Source of the DNA: the human T2T-CHM13v2.0 reference genome, Homo sapiens
Assembly (NCBI RefSeq): GCF_009914755.1
Contig: NC_060928.1
Strand: one strand, 5' to 3'
Length of the DNA: 64,000 nt
Shown here: positions 1 through 14,857 of the stretch, piece by piece
Layout: each line of letters begins with the position of its first letter
Position numbering within the stretch: position 1 is the stretch's first letter
Program-made: the position numbers and the translations under genes
Notes under the pieces: model-generated
Database searches by the model: none
What the model was told of the DNA's origin: nothing
The model's input: only the letters and a program-made list of their open reading frames with translations

Positions 1-54
1 TTTGGTATTAAATGTTTGCTACTGTATCAATGGACTTTTAGGATCACAGAATCC

Positions 55-265
55 AAAGGCAGTATGGAACAAGAGAGCTTAAAAATTAGAGTATGAGACC
101 CTGCTGTGCCAGTCGTGTGGCTTAGAAGTCCTGACCTTGAGCGAATAACTGTCCCTCTATGAGGCTGTCTCTGCATCTGTTAAATGGGGATAAATAATAC
201 TTGCTTTACTTGCCTTTTAGGATTATTGAGGGCCAAATGAAATAATGTTTGGGAAGTGCTTTATA
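55..265 (+). mobile_element. MIR SINE, degenerate
   Basis: tgaccttgagc...ctgcatctgttaaatggggataaataatac...ggattattgagg resembles the MIR core. Boundaries approximate. Confidence 0.65.
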
Positions 266-1119
266 AGCTATAATCTGGTATTAAAGTAATGAATAATGGT
301 TCGCTGTAGAGATTTGTATTGTTCTCTGGGAACACTAGTCTGTTACTGTAGGCTAATGATAGAGGATAGGGAAAGAAAGGCCTAGACTGAATTTTTTCAG
401 GAGGTATTTGTCTCTCTCTACTGATACTAGTTTCACAGAAACCCTGCTTCTTCCTCCACTGGCTATTTTCAGCAGTTATTGGAGCTCTCAAAGTAATCCC
501 CTTCACCAACTAGTGTGGAGTCTTTCTGCTGCCCACATATGCTCTCAGGATAGGCACTTCCATTTCCTAGAGAAGATGTTCCTTTAAAAATGTAGAAAAT
601 TTAGACCCTTAGACTCATTCTATTAAGAAAAAATAAGGCTAATTTTACTATTATCTGATAATTAAAATAATAAACATTAATTGTAAACAATTTGCAAGAC
701 ATAGAAAAGAGAGAAGAAAAATAGTACCCATAATCCTGTCACCCAGTAGTAACATTTTGGAATACTTGCTGGTGTTTTGTTTTTATGCATATGTTTTATC
801 TCATATGAATAACAAAAGAGTGATGTGGAAAAATTAAAGGCATACATGGTTTGATATGTGGTTGATACCTACCAAAGTATACAAAGCCCAGTAATCCTAA
901 AAGGAATCTAATGGGGTAGGTAGTGGAGAGGGTGAGGCCTTTAGCCATAGCTCTTTCTACTTTTTAATTTAATTTTTCTTTTCTTCTTTACAATAAGGAT
1001 GATTATTGCCTCAAATGATAAGAAGATTAACTGAATTACTGTTTTTAAAGCACAAATAATCTGGTACATACCATGTGCCCAGTAAATGTAAGTTTCAGTT
1101 CTACGGGTAAAAATTTAAT

Positions 1120-1315
1120 AATTATTGCCAGGCACTGTTCTGATTGCTTTATACATATTAATTCATTCAAGCCTCACATCTACCCTTTGATGAAGGTGCT
1201 ATTAGTATTCTTATTTTATAGGGGAAAAAACAGGCATAAGAGGTTAAGTGACCTGCTCAAACACCTTCCTAGGTGACAGAGCCAGAACAGGACCCCAGGC
1301 AGCTGGCTCCGGAAT
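1120..1315 (-). mobile_element. MIR SINE
   Basis: ccaggcactgttct...attttataggggaaaaaacaggc...gaggttaagtgacctgctcaa...ccccaggcagctggctcc. Confidence 0.7.
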
Positions 1316-2916
1316 CCACATCGTCCATATACATTACACAGCCTGCTGCTTGTTGGAGTTGTCTTAAGATCTAGGCTCTGAGTGCTTGTAGCTAGGGGCA
1401 CACCGCTTCCATGAAGATATCATCTGTTCACTATAAAGCCCTTGTGAGAGCCCTTGGTTTTCTTATGCACTTGTCCTGGGCTACTAGCTGTGTCAAAGGG
1501 CTCAGTGGGTAGAGGGACTGATGTCAGCAGTAAACTGAAGCAGATTAATATTTATTAGGCAGGTTAAAAGATTTGGCAGGTCATTTGGCTTTTTCTCCTA
1601 TCCACCCTTTCCTCATCTTTCTGCAAGGTTGACATAGAGGTCATTGGCTAAGATCTGGAGATAATTAAGCTTACGGTTTCAGAAAGAGTCAGAAATATGC
1701 TGAATGTTACTGGGGTATATTGTACACCTGGATTTGTTTGGCAAGTTTCAGGGGGAAATCAAGTGAAAAAAAGCAGCAGCCAGAGCAGGAGGTGCAAATG
1801 GACAGAGGTTTGAGACATACAAAGTGCATCTCTGCAGAGCTGAAGGGTTATGTGTGGCCCTCCTGTAATAAAACAAGCTGTAGACCAGGGTAGGTAAGCA
1901 GAAAGACAGGAGGAGGCTTTAAGTACAAATGAATGGCATGCCTATGACTAAAACACTAGATAGGATACAGGCCTGAGGGCATGCAGAGGGAGCTTCCTAG
2001 ATGGTAAATAATGACTTAAAAAGGAAAAAAGATGAGTAATGAGAGGACAGGACCCAGAAGGTTAAGACTTAAATGTGTAAGTTACAAAAGGTCAGTAACA
2101 GGAACAAGGGGGCCTTTTAAAGAAAGGGTAATTCATTGAGATGTCTGTGAAACGGCTGATCAATGGTCAGTTATCAGAAAATGAAGAGCACCTATGTTTG
2201 GCTAAGAACAGAAATCTGTGCCTGAGGGCATCACTTCTTAAAATCTTCTTCAGACACTGAAAAAGCTTCTAATCTAAGGCCTTTTCAGCCTCCTGGAGAC
2301 TCAAGAGAAAAAGTGCTGAGAAACCTACAACTATGGCATTAGAGACCTGCAAACCCAGGAGAAGGGGGATGACAGGATAGAGATGCAATAGTAAGGCTAA
2401 CTTCATGGATGAAGGACACAGAGTAGAAGGAAAACTTGAAAACCAAGAACGTGGCTTTAAATAAGACAAATTGCCACATGAATGAGTGTACACACCCAAC
2501 ATAAATCAAAAGGAATTTCTCCAAAGGATTCTGAGGACAAACTTAGCCCTGTATAAATGCATCCTGTCTACTTAATCACAAAAAGCATTCTGATTGCCTC
2601 CAAACATAAGGCAACAAAATTGCACTGAGCCATACCAGCTGTTTGTCGAAGGGGCTCTGCCACAGTCTCCCAACTCCCAACTTTTCTTGTCTGTCCCAAG
2701 AAAGCCTGCCGCTAATGAGATGGATCAAAAGTTAGGGCTAGATTCTATTTTCAAGAAGAAATCAACTCAGAGCCTGATCTAGAAAGTAACTAGAAGAAAA
2801 GAAGATCCCACATTTCCCAAAATAGATATTATGAACAGTTTAATGCCCTTATGGATTTAAGGACATAGAACTTTGTTTTGGATGCATTACAATTATTTCC
2901 TTTACAGGTTCCTATG

Positions 2917-3540
2917 ATTCATTCAGCAAATATGCATTGTGTGCCTACCAGGAGACACTCACTGTGCTAGGCCTTGGGTGTGTAGAAGTTTCAAAAAACA
3001 AGGCTGAAGAAAAGCCAGAGGTGGACCCTGACCTGGCTGAGCTTATGTCTTAACAACGAAGCAGACAATGCACAAGTGAACAATTTCATGTGGTTATAAG
3101 TGCAGTAAAGGGAAAGATCAGGTGCCAGGAAAGAGTATTTGCATTAGATAAGGCAGTCTCCGAGGAGGTGATGTTCCAGCTGGGAGCAGAAACTAAGGAG
3201 TGGTCAGCCAAGAAATGAATTGGGAAGAATATTCCAGGCTTAGAGAACAGCATGTGCAAAAAGCAAAGAGCTTGGCAAGTTTGGGGAACCTAAGGAAGGC
3301 CAGTGAGGTCAGAATGCAGTAAGGGGAAAGGTTGAAGGAGGGGCAGGAGCCACGTCACCAGAGACCTTGCAGGCCAAGTAGGGGAACCTGGATTTTATCC
3401 AAAATGCATAGGGAAGCTACAGGATTTCATCAGGGAATGACATCATCCATTTACATTTTTTGAAAGGCTGCTGGGTAGACACTGGATTGGAGGGGACAGA
3501 AGTGGAAGGGGGAGGCCAGTGAGGAAGCATTCCCTCCTGG
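2917..3540 (-). mobile_element. L2 LINE 3' fragment
   Basis: Begins attcattcagcaaatat (reverse of the L2 3' tail), followed by L2-like attccaggc..gagaacagcatgtgcaaa and ggaggccagtgaggaag. Confidence 0.7.
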
Positions 3541-3867
3541 ATGAAACATAACAAAAAAGGAGGAAATGGCTGATTCTAACAGACAAAACCAAGCACTTCC
3601 CTAAGGTTGTAACAGACCATGCCAAGGAGACACGATTCCTCCATCTCACCCTCCCCTTTAAGGATAAAATAGAAAAATGCAAACTCAATAGAAACCAGGA
3701 AGCAAAGGGACCTGGAGAGACCATGCCTAATGGCTCAGTTCCGTGTCTTTTACTCCAGTTTCCCCAGCCTTCCCTAATTTGTACAGTGTTCAAGAGAGCC
3801 CTAAGGAACTGAAAGATCTGGAACCCTTTCTTTTGTATTGGCTGAAACTCAGTTCAGAAAGCAGTTA

Positions 3868-4371
<504 letters not shown>

Positions 4372-4604
4372 TCATACTACAGTATATTTTTTTAGCCTCT
4401 GCTAAACTTTCTCAGGTCAGCTTTGATTCCTAGCTCTTCACTCATAGTGGTAATATTGAGATATAGATACTGGAGAACAGCAAGAAACATAAACATAAAA
4501 CAGCTCCAAGAAATGTCTTGTTAGTTTTGCCAACAAGTTAACTTGTGAGTTAAAAGGATATAGGAGGGAAGAAAGGCTGCAGATCTGTTGAACATTTAGC
4601 AGTA

Positions 4605-5397
<793 letters not shown>

Positions 5398-6338
5398 TAC
5401 TTTATTCATTCAACAAATATTTATTGAGCAACTCTCTGTTCCAGGCACTAAGCTGAGCTGGTTTATCTTTGTTGACCTGTGGAAGAGAGGGACCAGCAAG
5501 CAGGCAACTAGCAGCCAGTGTGAATTGCACTTTGAGGTGTACATCTATAGCCAGTGTGCTGCACTGCTAGCACACAAGGGGCCACCTCACCCCGACTTCC
5601 ACAGTTCCTCTGGGTAGCCAGCAGAGGAAATGATGTCGAAATTGAAACCTGAAGGATGAGTGTGGATAAGCCCGGAGAGGATCCTTTAGGGATCTAGAAG
5701 TAGCCCAATAGGCCTGGAGAGTGTATAGTTTATCCCAGTATGTTTCACTTGAACTGGATTCATTGATTTCCAGGCTTCTACAATGTATCGTTGGTTATCT
5801 TTAAGTGAGACATTGTACCTTTTAGTATCTTTTAAGTAAAAATGGGCTTATTTGGTAATATGTTTAGTTAATGGCTCTACCATCACCATTCCCTACCAAA
5901 TCTGGGTTAGTAATTGTAACGCCTACAAAATCTGTGGCATAAATTGAACATTTTTGAAACCTGCCAAACTGAAAGGAAGGAGAGTGAGTGGTTGACAGTC
6001 CGAAGGGAATATGATTCCATGTGTGGTTTGAGCAAATTTACATAACTTCTCTGTATCTCAGGTTGTCAGTCTGTAAAATGGGACTTAAACCCTCATTCAT
6101 TCTCTCCTTCATAAAAAAGTTGTGGGAATAATATCTGGCACATGGGAAAGCACACTTTTTTTTTTAAGAAAGACTTGGCAAATTTGCCTGAGTCGTGTAT
6201 AACCATTGGCGCACCAGTGGGGCACCATTCCCCGATAAGATCAAAGCACATTGCAGACTTTGTCTATGGCAGTCTGTTTTGAGGCTAAGTAGCAACTTGA
6301 GGTGGGTAAGAAAATGTGCATTCTAGAGACAGCATGAG

Positions 6339-6378
6339 TTCAATGTACAGGTAAGGTATTCAATGTACAGGTAAGGCA
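6339..6378 (+). repeat. 20-bp tandem duplication TTCAATGTACAGGTAAGG(TA/CA)
   Basis: Two adjacent copies read directly from the sequence. Confidence 0.9.
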
Positions 6379-8860
6379 GAAGGAAGGAAGGGCAAAGAAA
6401 CAATTCCAGGGCCCTGGTTTCTGGGATGACAGGCTTCCCAACACTCATGCCAGGACTATTTTCCACCTCGGTTCACTATGGGTTTTTTTTCTTTTTTTTT
6501 AATATAATGAATTTTTAAAATGTGTGTTTGTTGCCCAGATTATTCCAGAAAGAGTTGAAGGGAGGAAAGGTGTGCTTGGTGTGCTGGTGATTCTAGCACT
6601 CTCTCCAGCCTGATTTCTAGTTTGTGTGGTGCATCCAGACAGCTCACCCAGGTGCCCAGGCTCTTTCTGGTATCCAGAGCCAACCCATCCAGGGCAGGAG
6701 GGTGAAGATTAGGAGGGGCAAAGGTTAGCCTGGAGGTTGCAATTAACAAGAATCAAAATGGGTTTCAGGATTCTCACACCCAGTTGCTAATTTCAGCTGG
6801 TCCTGTAGAGGTGACACGTAGTAGGACAACATGGTTTTGGGGGCAGTGCTGGGGTGCTGGTCTCTGCTTTTCTAGGGTAGAAAGGAATCATACATTGAAA
6901 ATGCTTAAATCGATGGAATGATTTTATGTTCCTCATGCTTCCATCTCTTTCTGGTCTGCCTGCTCTTCCTGCCAGCCCTTCACTGTGACAGTCACCACTC
7001 CTAGACCTCTGTCTCTAGGCATCTCCCAGGAAGGAGAAGTGGAAAGGAAAGAGAAAAGAGCTCAGTCTCTGGTGCCCAAGACATTGTGCAAAAAAAAAAA
7101 AAAGATGGAGTCGAAAACTTTGGTTTACACAAAAAATTAGGAAGTTATTAAATACTACAAAGGTTTTATGAAAGCTCAGGCCTGGTCTTGATTGTTTTCC
7201 CCCAACAAACAAAGTTAGGGTCTAAAGGGGTCCTGAAAAGGAAAAGTCCCTCCCCTGGTTATACCAATGGGTGGTCTTGGAGTGTGCTGTTTACACTCAT
7301 ATAATCTTTACAGTCAGGTATTGGATGGCGAGGTATCTTTCAATCTACTTTCTAGTCACCGATTGTTCCTATGCGTGCATTATATAGATGACAGAACTGA
7401 GGTACAGAGAAGACAAAGTCACAGAGCTGCTCAGTGGGTAGAGCCAGGACTCAGACTCCAGAGTCATGCTCCTAAAACCATGGTACACTGCCTCATGGTT
7501 TCACTTTACCGTGGATGAGGAGCCTGAGACTCAGAATTTACTTGACCAATTTATTCAGTTCATTATTGACATAACCTCAACCAATTTTCAAACTTCAAGT
7601 CTAGCACTATATTGAATATATCCAAAGCCGAGAATCCTAAATTCGGTGAGAAAAGTAATGTACAGAAGGAGGTGGTGGTGCTTAGATATAACTAAGGTAA
7701 ACATGAAAACTTGAGCTTAGAAATGGAAACTCCCTGTTGGCCTCCTGGCCATCTTCCCCATGCTGTAGAATAAAAAGAGATCCTTTCATTTGCCTTAGGA
7801 TTTAGGAAAGAAAGCTCTTTCACTTCCGTTCTGTGTTCCAGGAAATAGAAGGCCAGATGGACGGGGCTTATTCTTAACAGCTGTTCAGTAATCCCTTCCC
7901 CTCTCAGCCATGGCCTGTGCAGAGGAGGCACGGCCTCATTTGTACCTTCTCCAGATTCTGTTTATGGGCCCACCAGTCAGATCTCAGAGGCTTAGAAAAA
8001 TCCTTGAAGACAGAAATTGAAAATAAACCACTGGTTCCCCACAAACAGAGATGATGACAAAACTTCAAAGCCTGATGCAGGGGACAGTCTGATGAGACAT
8101 CAAGAGCACAGTCAGGATGCTTAGAAATTCATGACCTGTCACTGTCCTAAGGAGAAGAAATGTTCCTGTTCCCATGGCGGAACACATTGGCCATGTAGGG
8201 CTTAAAATTTTTCTCTGACTCCCTGGGAGTATGGAGGAAGAGAGTTATGGGAATGGTGTTAGGGACTGGGGGTGGGAGGGTGGATTTAAATGGACACACA
8301 AAAGGCTTGCCTCCCAGTGCAGTGGAATCTAAACAATCTGAAATAGCTCAAGCTCAAGAGTTGGCATGTGCTTCTGAGCTGCCACCCACTGAACAGAGCA
8401 AGGCCTGTTACACTTGGAGATCCCGCTCCTTAAAGAGAACTTGAGAAGTGAGGTGGCAGAGGCTTGGTTTCAAACCACCTCGTTTGACAGTTTGCTTCAG
8501 TGAATCCAGTTTTTCCCTTATTACCAAAACCAAATTACAGGGGAGTTTGTCTTTATAACAGTTAATATAACTTTCTTCCTTTTTGCTTAGAAAATCTGGG
8601 TTTTCTGAGATTGGGAAATAATGCTTTATTGCTTCAGAGGAACATGGATAAAAAAGGAAGACACGACACTCAGTAGTGGATTCGCCTTCGTAGGGCAGAG
8701 AACTTTGTTAGGTGCAGGCTTAGAACCCTGCACTTAGCTGTGCTGCTTTGCTCTGGCTCCGGGGTTCGTTTTCATGTGCTTTTTCGGTTTTTAAGATTCA
8801 TTTGTGCTCCTGTCCATGAACACCATCATGCTCAGCTTCTTCTTTTCCTATTGTTGACAG

Positions 8861-8992
8861 AGATGTGTGCACAGACCCAGGCCATGCAGATACTGGTGCC
8901 TCTAACTTCGTCAGCCCAGAACACCTCACCTCTGGCCCCCAGCACAGGAAAGCAGCGTGGTCAGGAGGGGTTAAACTTCGGCTGAAGCACAG
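8861..8992 (+). CDS. SHROOM3: SHROOM3 coding exon (exon 3 by recall), 132 nt, phase 2-2; (R)DVCTDPGHADTGASNFVSPEHLTSGPQHRKAAWSGGVKLRLKH(R)
   Basis: Polypyrimidine tract plus acceptor ttgttgacag| at 8860 and donor AG|gtaaga at 8993. The peptide matches SHROOM3 just after the PDZ domain and is in frame with the next exon. Missed by the ORF track. Confidence 0.95.
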
Positions 8993-9499
8993 GTAAGACG
9001 CACGGAAGTTGGTGCTGGCAGTTCGGAAAAAGAACCCAGTCCAAAAAGCCACTCAGCTGCTGGGAGAGGAGTCGGGGGCAAGGATGGTCAGGATACAGGC
9101 TGTTGAGAGAGAGGTAAGAGGCAGAACAAGGAGGCGAGATAGAAGCTCAGAGTTTAGAAGGATACTGATCTTATTAATGGTAGTTTACGCACAAGGTTCT
9201 AAAGAACTGTAAAGTTCCTGGGAGGTCATTCCAGGGTCCCACAAATAGTTTGATTCAAATATCATTTCAAAAATACATTTATAATTATTTGTAAAACTAC
9301 AATTTAAAACATCAAAAGTGATACACTTATGTTTTATACCTTGGAAATGATCAGTGTGCCAAATTGTACAGCAAGACTAATTCATCTTTGAACTAATCTT
9401 CATTTAAAATTTCTCGGAGGAATGTCCCAAGATTCCAACGTAAGCCTAACAAAGATTTGTAGCTACTTACCCATGTGGGTCAGATTTTGAGAGTGAATG

Positions 9500-10080
9500 A
9501 ACCTGAGTGCTTCCCATGTGCTAGGTGTCCTGGCTTTGCACGGGCTATCTCATTAAATTCTCACACCAGCCCTGTGAGGTTTGCTCTTGTAGAATAGCAT
9601 TCAGCTAGGAGGCAGTGGATTCAAATTCAGCCTCTACACCAATGCCTCAGCATCAGCACAACAGTGCCTACTTCATAGGACAACTGTAGGATTCAACGAG
9701 ATACGGTATTCAAAGCACTCAGCACACAGCCCACTCAGAACAAAAAATAAATGTTAGGTGGTGGTATAATGCTGTGTGAATATAATTATCCTCATCATTC
9801 TCATCATTATCACAAAAGTCTGTATGATATCATGAATGGTAGTATGATACGGGGAGTAAGATGGGGTTTGTGCAGTGTCAGACTACCTAAAATTCAAGCC
9901 TAGATTCTGCCACTTACCATAGACCCTCAGACTTGTTATAGAAGCTCTCTCTACTTCCAACTGTAAAATAAGTTTAATAACTGATCCGCCTCCTAGGGAT
10001 GCTGAAAGGACTGAAAGAGCCGATACATGTCAAGCACTAGGGCTGTGCCTACTATGTCATGAGTGCAACAAATGTTATCA
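9500..10080. mobile_element. Cluster of MIR fragments in both orientations
   Basis: ttctcacaccagccctgtgagg, ttcaaattcagcctctac, and ttctgccacttacc...ctgtaaaataag. Boundaries approximate. Confidence 0.55.
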
Positions 10081-10155
10081 TAGTAACCAATTATCTTGAT
10101 TTCAGTTTGGGAAGTTCTTTCATATAGACATGTCGACTTGCATTATAAATAAGTA

Positions 10156-10395
10156 GGCTGGGCTCAGTGGCTCATGCCTGTAAGCCCAGAGATTCAAGAC
10201 CAGCCTGGGCAAAATGGCAAAACCCTGTCTCTACAAAAAATATAAAAATTAGCTGGGCATACTGGCACACACCTGTGGTCCCAAGTACTCTGGAGGCTGA
10301 GGTGGGAGGATTGCTTGAACCTGGGAGGTCGAGGCTACAGTGAGCCATGATTGAGTCACTGCGCTCTAGCCTGGGAGACAGAGCTTCAAACAAAC
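10156..10395 (+). mobile_element. Alu (AluJ-like) with a deletion in the left arm
   Basis: gcctgtaagcccag joins directly to agattcaagaccagcc, missing cactttgggagg...gagcccagg. J-type right arm. Confidence 0.85.
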
Positions 10396-11446
10396 AATAT
10401 AATTTGGATTTATGCAAATCCATATTGGTATCTTTAGACTATCCATGTTCAATAATACACAAATATACATAAAAGAAATAATGTTATATAATAAAACAAC
10501 ACTTGTATTGGGGTGTTTAAGGTTCTTTGTTAGATTTCATTTGAAAAAAAAAAAAAGATTTAAAAGAAGTTTAAACATACCAAAGGTCTAGGGAGGCCAA
10601 CTGGCTGGTGTCTGAGAGTCAGGCCAAGAACAGGGTGAGATTCGCCAAGACCTCTGACTCAAGAGATCCAGCCAGCAAGGTTGCTCCCAGAGACATCCTA
10701 AGAAGCAGAAGCTCCGAGGTTATCACTCTTTCCTTTAGCCTGCTAGGATCTTTAAAATATAGAGAATCAAAATTTTCTCTTTAACAAGGAGGTGTCCACA
10801 GGGCCCGATAGGCTAATCTAATGTCAGTGCCAAAGCTCAAGGCCAGAAAGTAGTAGTTAGGGAGTTTCTGCTCCAGCCTGGAAAGAAAATGATCAAGACC
10901 TGAACTAAATCAATGGTGATGGGACAAGAGATGAGACAGATTTGAGATAAATTTAGGGAGGCAGAATAAATAGCAGATGAGGGTAGGATAAAGGAGAGAA
11001 AAACTAAAGAGTGACTGCTGAGTTGCTGGTATGAGGCACTTGGGGATATCTGCAGGGCCATTAGGACAGGGAAGGCAGGAATCACAGAAACTGACTGGGG
11101 GTTAAGAATATCAGCAGTAGAATCACATAGACCTGGGTTTGAGCTAGAAACAATTAAAATATTTTATAAAACAATCCCTGAAAGTTGAGTGGAACAAACA
11201 AATGTATATCTACTTACTATCTTAAACATAAATAAATCATATTTATAACAAGCTGGGATTGTCCTCATCAGTGTGGTCAAAGCTGGCCGATGGCGCTATG
11301 TCTGTATGGAGAACATAAGCGACAAGCAATTTCCTTTGTAAAAAGTCATGAGCTAGATGGTGCAGACATCACTCCTGCTCTTGGCTGGAATTTTTACTCT
11401 TCATACACTAAGAATTTTACATGTATGTGTCATATCTCTACAAATA

Positions 11447-12564
11447 CAGTCACGTATTGCTTAATGACAGGGATACATTCTGAGCAATGTGTCATTAAGC
11501 GATTTTATTGTTGCTGAACATACTAGAGTGCACTTACACAAACCTAGATGGTGTGACCTACACACCTGGGCCATTTGGTGTAGCCTAGACTATGGTGTAG
11601 CTCTTAGACTATGAACCTGGACAGCATGTTGCTGTACTGAATTCTGTAGGCAATTGTCACACAATGGTAAGGATTTGCTTGTCTAAACAGACAAAAATAC
11701 AATGTAAAAGATAAAAAGGATACACCTACATAGGGCACTCACCATGAAGGGAGCCTGCAGGAATGGCAGTTGCTCTGGGAGAGTCAGCGAGTGAGTGGTG
11801 AGTGAACGTGAAGGCCGGTACTGTGCACTGCTTTACTGTACACTGAGGCTACGCCAAATTTATTTAAAATTTTTTCTTCTATAATTAACGTTAGCTTACT
11901 GTAACTTTATAAACTTTTAAACTTTTAAAAATATTTGACTCTTTTGTATTAACACTTAGTTTAGAACACAGACACATTGTATAGCTATACAAATATTTTC
12001 TTTTTTATATCCTTATCCTAAAAGCTTTTTTTCATTGAATTTTTTTTTCTTTTAAACATTTTTGTTAAAAACTGAGACACAAACACACACTCTAGCCTAG
12101 GCCAAACAGAGCAGGATCATCAATACCACTGGCTTCTACCTTTATGTCTTGTCCCTCTGGAAGGTCTGCAGGGGCAGTGCATGGAGCTGAGCTCTCCTGG
12201 ATAACACTGCCTTATTCAGGAACACCTCCTGTAGAACCTGCCTGAGGCTATTTCACAGTTAGCTTCTTTTTTTAATAAGTGGGAATACAGAATAAAATAA
12301 TGATTAAAAGTATAATATAGTAAATACATAAGCCAGTAACACACATTTATTATAAAGTATTATGTACTGTACATGATTGTATGTACTGTACTTTTAGAGG
12401 ACTGGCAAGTGCAGTAGGTTTATGCCAGCATCAAAACCACGTGAGTGATGGCTACAGCTTCACCAGGCGATAGGAATTTTTCAGCTCCATTATAATCTTA
12501 TGGAACCACCGTCATAATGTGCACTCCATTGTTGGCTGAAATGTCATTATGTGGCACATGACTG
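11447..12564 (-). mobile_element. Tigger3/GOLEM family DNA transposon (Tigger3b-like, ~1.1 kb)
   Basis: TIRs TA|cagtcacgtattgcttaatgac ... gtcattatgtggcacatgactg|TA. Internal ttacacaaacctagatggt and ctccattataatcttatgg motifs. Confidence 0.85.
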
Positions 12565-12719
12565 TAAATTGTAAGCCCTATGTTAGTGTACCTCCTAATT
12601 TTCCTGTCCCCCAAGAAGTCTCTCTGCAACCCAACTGTTACTGATATGGGACTAACCTAGGAAATCAGAGTCATTCTCATCTAGTTACGCTCAGATCCTA
12701 CATCCTGTTTGTTTTGCTT

Positions 12720-13650
12720 TTTACTTTTTTGTTTTGAAATCATTGTAGACTCACAGAAAAGTTGTAAAAATAGTACAGAGATTTCCTGTATACCTGTCAC
12801 CCAGCTTTCTCTAATGTTAACACCCTTTATAACCGTAGTACAAATATCAAAACTAAGAAATCAGCACTGGTGTAATACTATTAGCTAACAGACTTAACTT
12901 TATATAAACTATAAACTTTACTCAGATCTCACCATTCTTTCCCATTAATGTCCTGTTTCTGTTCTAGGATCCCACATTGTGTTCCCTTAGCCTCCTCTGA
13001 TCTGTGATATTTCCTCAGTCTTTCCTTGGCTTTTGTGACCTTGACACTTTTGAAGAGCTCTGGGCAGATATTTTGTAGAATGCTTACTATTTGGGTGTGT
13101 CTGATGTGTTCTCATGGTTACATTGAGGTGATGGCTTTTGACAATACCACAGAAGTGATGTTGTTTTCTTCTGTCTCATATAAGGGTTACATGATGTCAA
13201 TATGTCTCATTACTGGTGATGATTAACCTTGATTACTTGGTTATGGTGAAGTCCGCCAGGTTTTTCTATTTTAAAGTTACTATTTGTCCCTTTGTAATTA
13301 ATAAATAACCTTGGAAAGATAATTTTCAGGCTATGGAAATATCCTGTTTCTCCTCAAACTTTCTTCACTGATCTTGGCATCTATCAGTGTTGCCTGTGAC
13401 AACTATTACTATAATGTTCTAAATTTGATTCTTTATTTCTTTCATTTTTTCTACATTTATTAATTAGAATTTTTAAAAAAGCCTATTTCTCTCCTCTACT
13501 TATTTATTCATTATTCATTCATGTCAGTAAGGACTCTTTCATATTTATTTTATCCTGTGGGTTATAATTCAGTACTACTGTTATTTATTTTGTTGTTCAA
13601 ATGGATCTAGTTTTGGCCATCGAGAGCTCTTTTGAGCTGGCTCTGGTCTA
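12720..13650 (-). mobile_element. Old L1 (L1MC-like) 3' region
   Basis: tagactcacagaaaagttgtaaaaatagtacagag...cacccagctttc and gaccttgacacttttgaagag...gatattttgtagaatg. Confidence 0.7.
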
Positions 13651-14857
13651 AGTCCTGTTTGGAAATGTGGAAAAGGATGAGGTAGTGATGCCTTGTCCTT
13701 ACACAAAAGACTGCAGACCATGATGTGCTATCATCTTCTTAGGAGTCTTATAAATGTTGAAGTGGGAGGTTGATGGTGGGTATGGAGCAGTTCTAATTTG
13801 TGACATGTCACAGAGGCCTATACTGATTTTGGAATTGGAAAGTGCTGTGGTCACCTCATGAGCTAGTTCCAAGTCCATGAGTAACAGGTATATATATATT
13901 CATAGCTCCTTCATTGTGGAGAAAATAGCCAGGAAGGATCTTCTCACTTATCTATAAGAAAAAAGAAAAGCCAGAAGCTCATTTCCCAGGTATATATAGG
14001 AGCCAGTGAAACAACCAAGTTAAACAGAGAGAGACACTTTTAGTGGTCCAGGGCTTAATATTCTCACAGATCCAATCCCACCCTTCCTTTCCCGCTTAGA
14101 TCCCTGCATTCTCTCTTATCTATCAACAGGAATTCTTATGATCTAACTTATCTTGGCAGAAACTTCTCTCTAAAATCTATCAAGCCTTGGGCTAGGGTAA
14201 TGAGTCGGTAAAGGAGACAAAATGTTCTAGCTTGAAACTGAAGATTTTCCAAGCCGATGCTTTTCTCCATAAGCTTCTCATTCCTTCCTCACCTTCTCCC
14301 ACAAGTCATTATAAAAATAGTCTGATGTAATTATTAAGCATTTACCCTTATATGGGGATCTCGGATCACCATGCTTCATAAAGTAAATCAAGATGAATGG
14401 ATAATAGAAGCTCAGAATCTGACTCCTCTAATTCATTCTCAATTGAACAGCAAGGTTAGTTCTGCGGTGCTGTCCCTTGGCAGTGAGTTCTGTCCCTGTG
14501 CTGCTGACTTAGTGTTTTCATGACAGTACATCTTAGGAAGATGCGGTGAGATGTTGTTATAGAACCACTGCTTCAGTCGACTCCCTAACTATGGGAGGCT
14601 TAAAGCAACTAGCACTTTTGTAGACAGTGGCATTTTTGCATATGGAGGAGGGCATGTGTTTAGCAGAGAAGATCATTTAAGGAGACTTCCTGATTTCAGT
14701 TTGATGCATTCTATCATCAGATGATTTTCCTTGCTTCCCTCCTCCTCTTGCCCACAAAAATAGAATTCCAGCATTTCTAAGCTATAGGCTATTGTTCAAG
14801 ATGCCAGCTCTTCTCAGGGAGTCATTAAGGGTCACCTTCTCTTCTTCCCTCTTACAG

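Noticed and set aside
8262-8280. G-quadruplex motif GGGACTGGGGGTGGGAGGG upstream of exon 3
   Set aside because: Such motifs are very common and there is no other supporting signal.
7400-9300. Antisense lncRNA (SHROOM3-AS1) that I recall overlapping this gene
   Set aside because: Its exons cannot be defined from the sequence alone, so it is not annotated.
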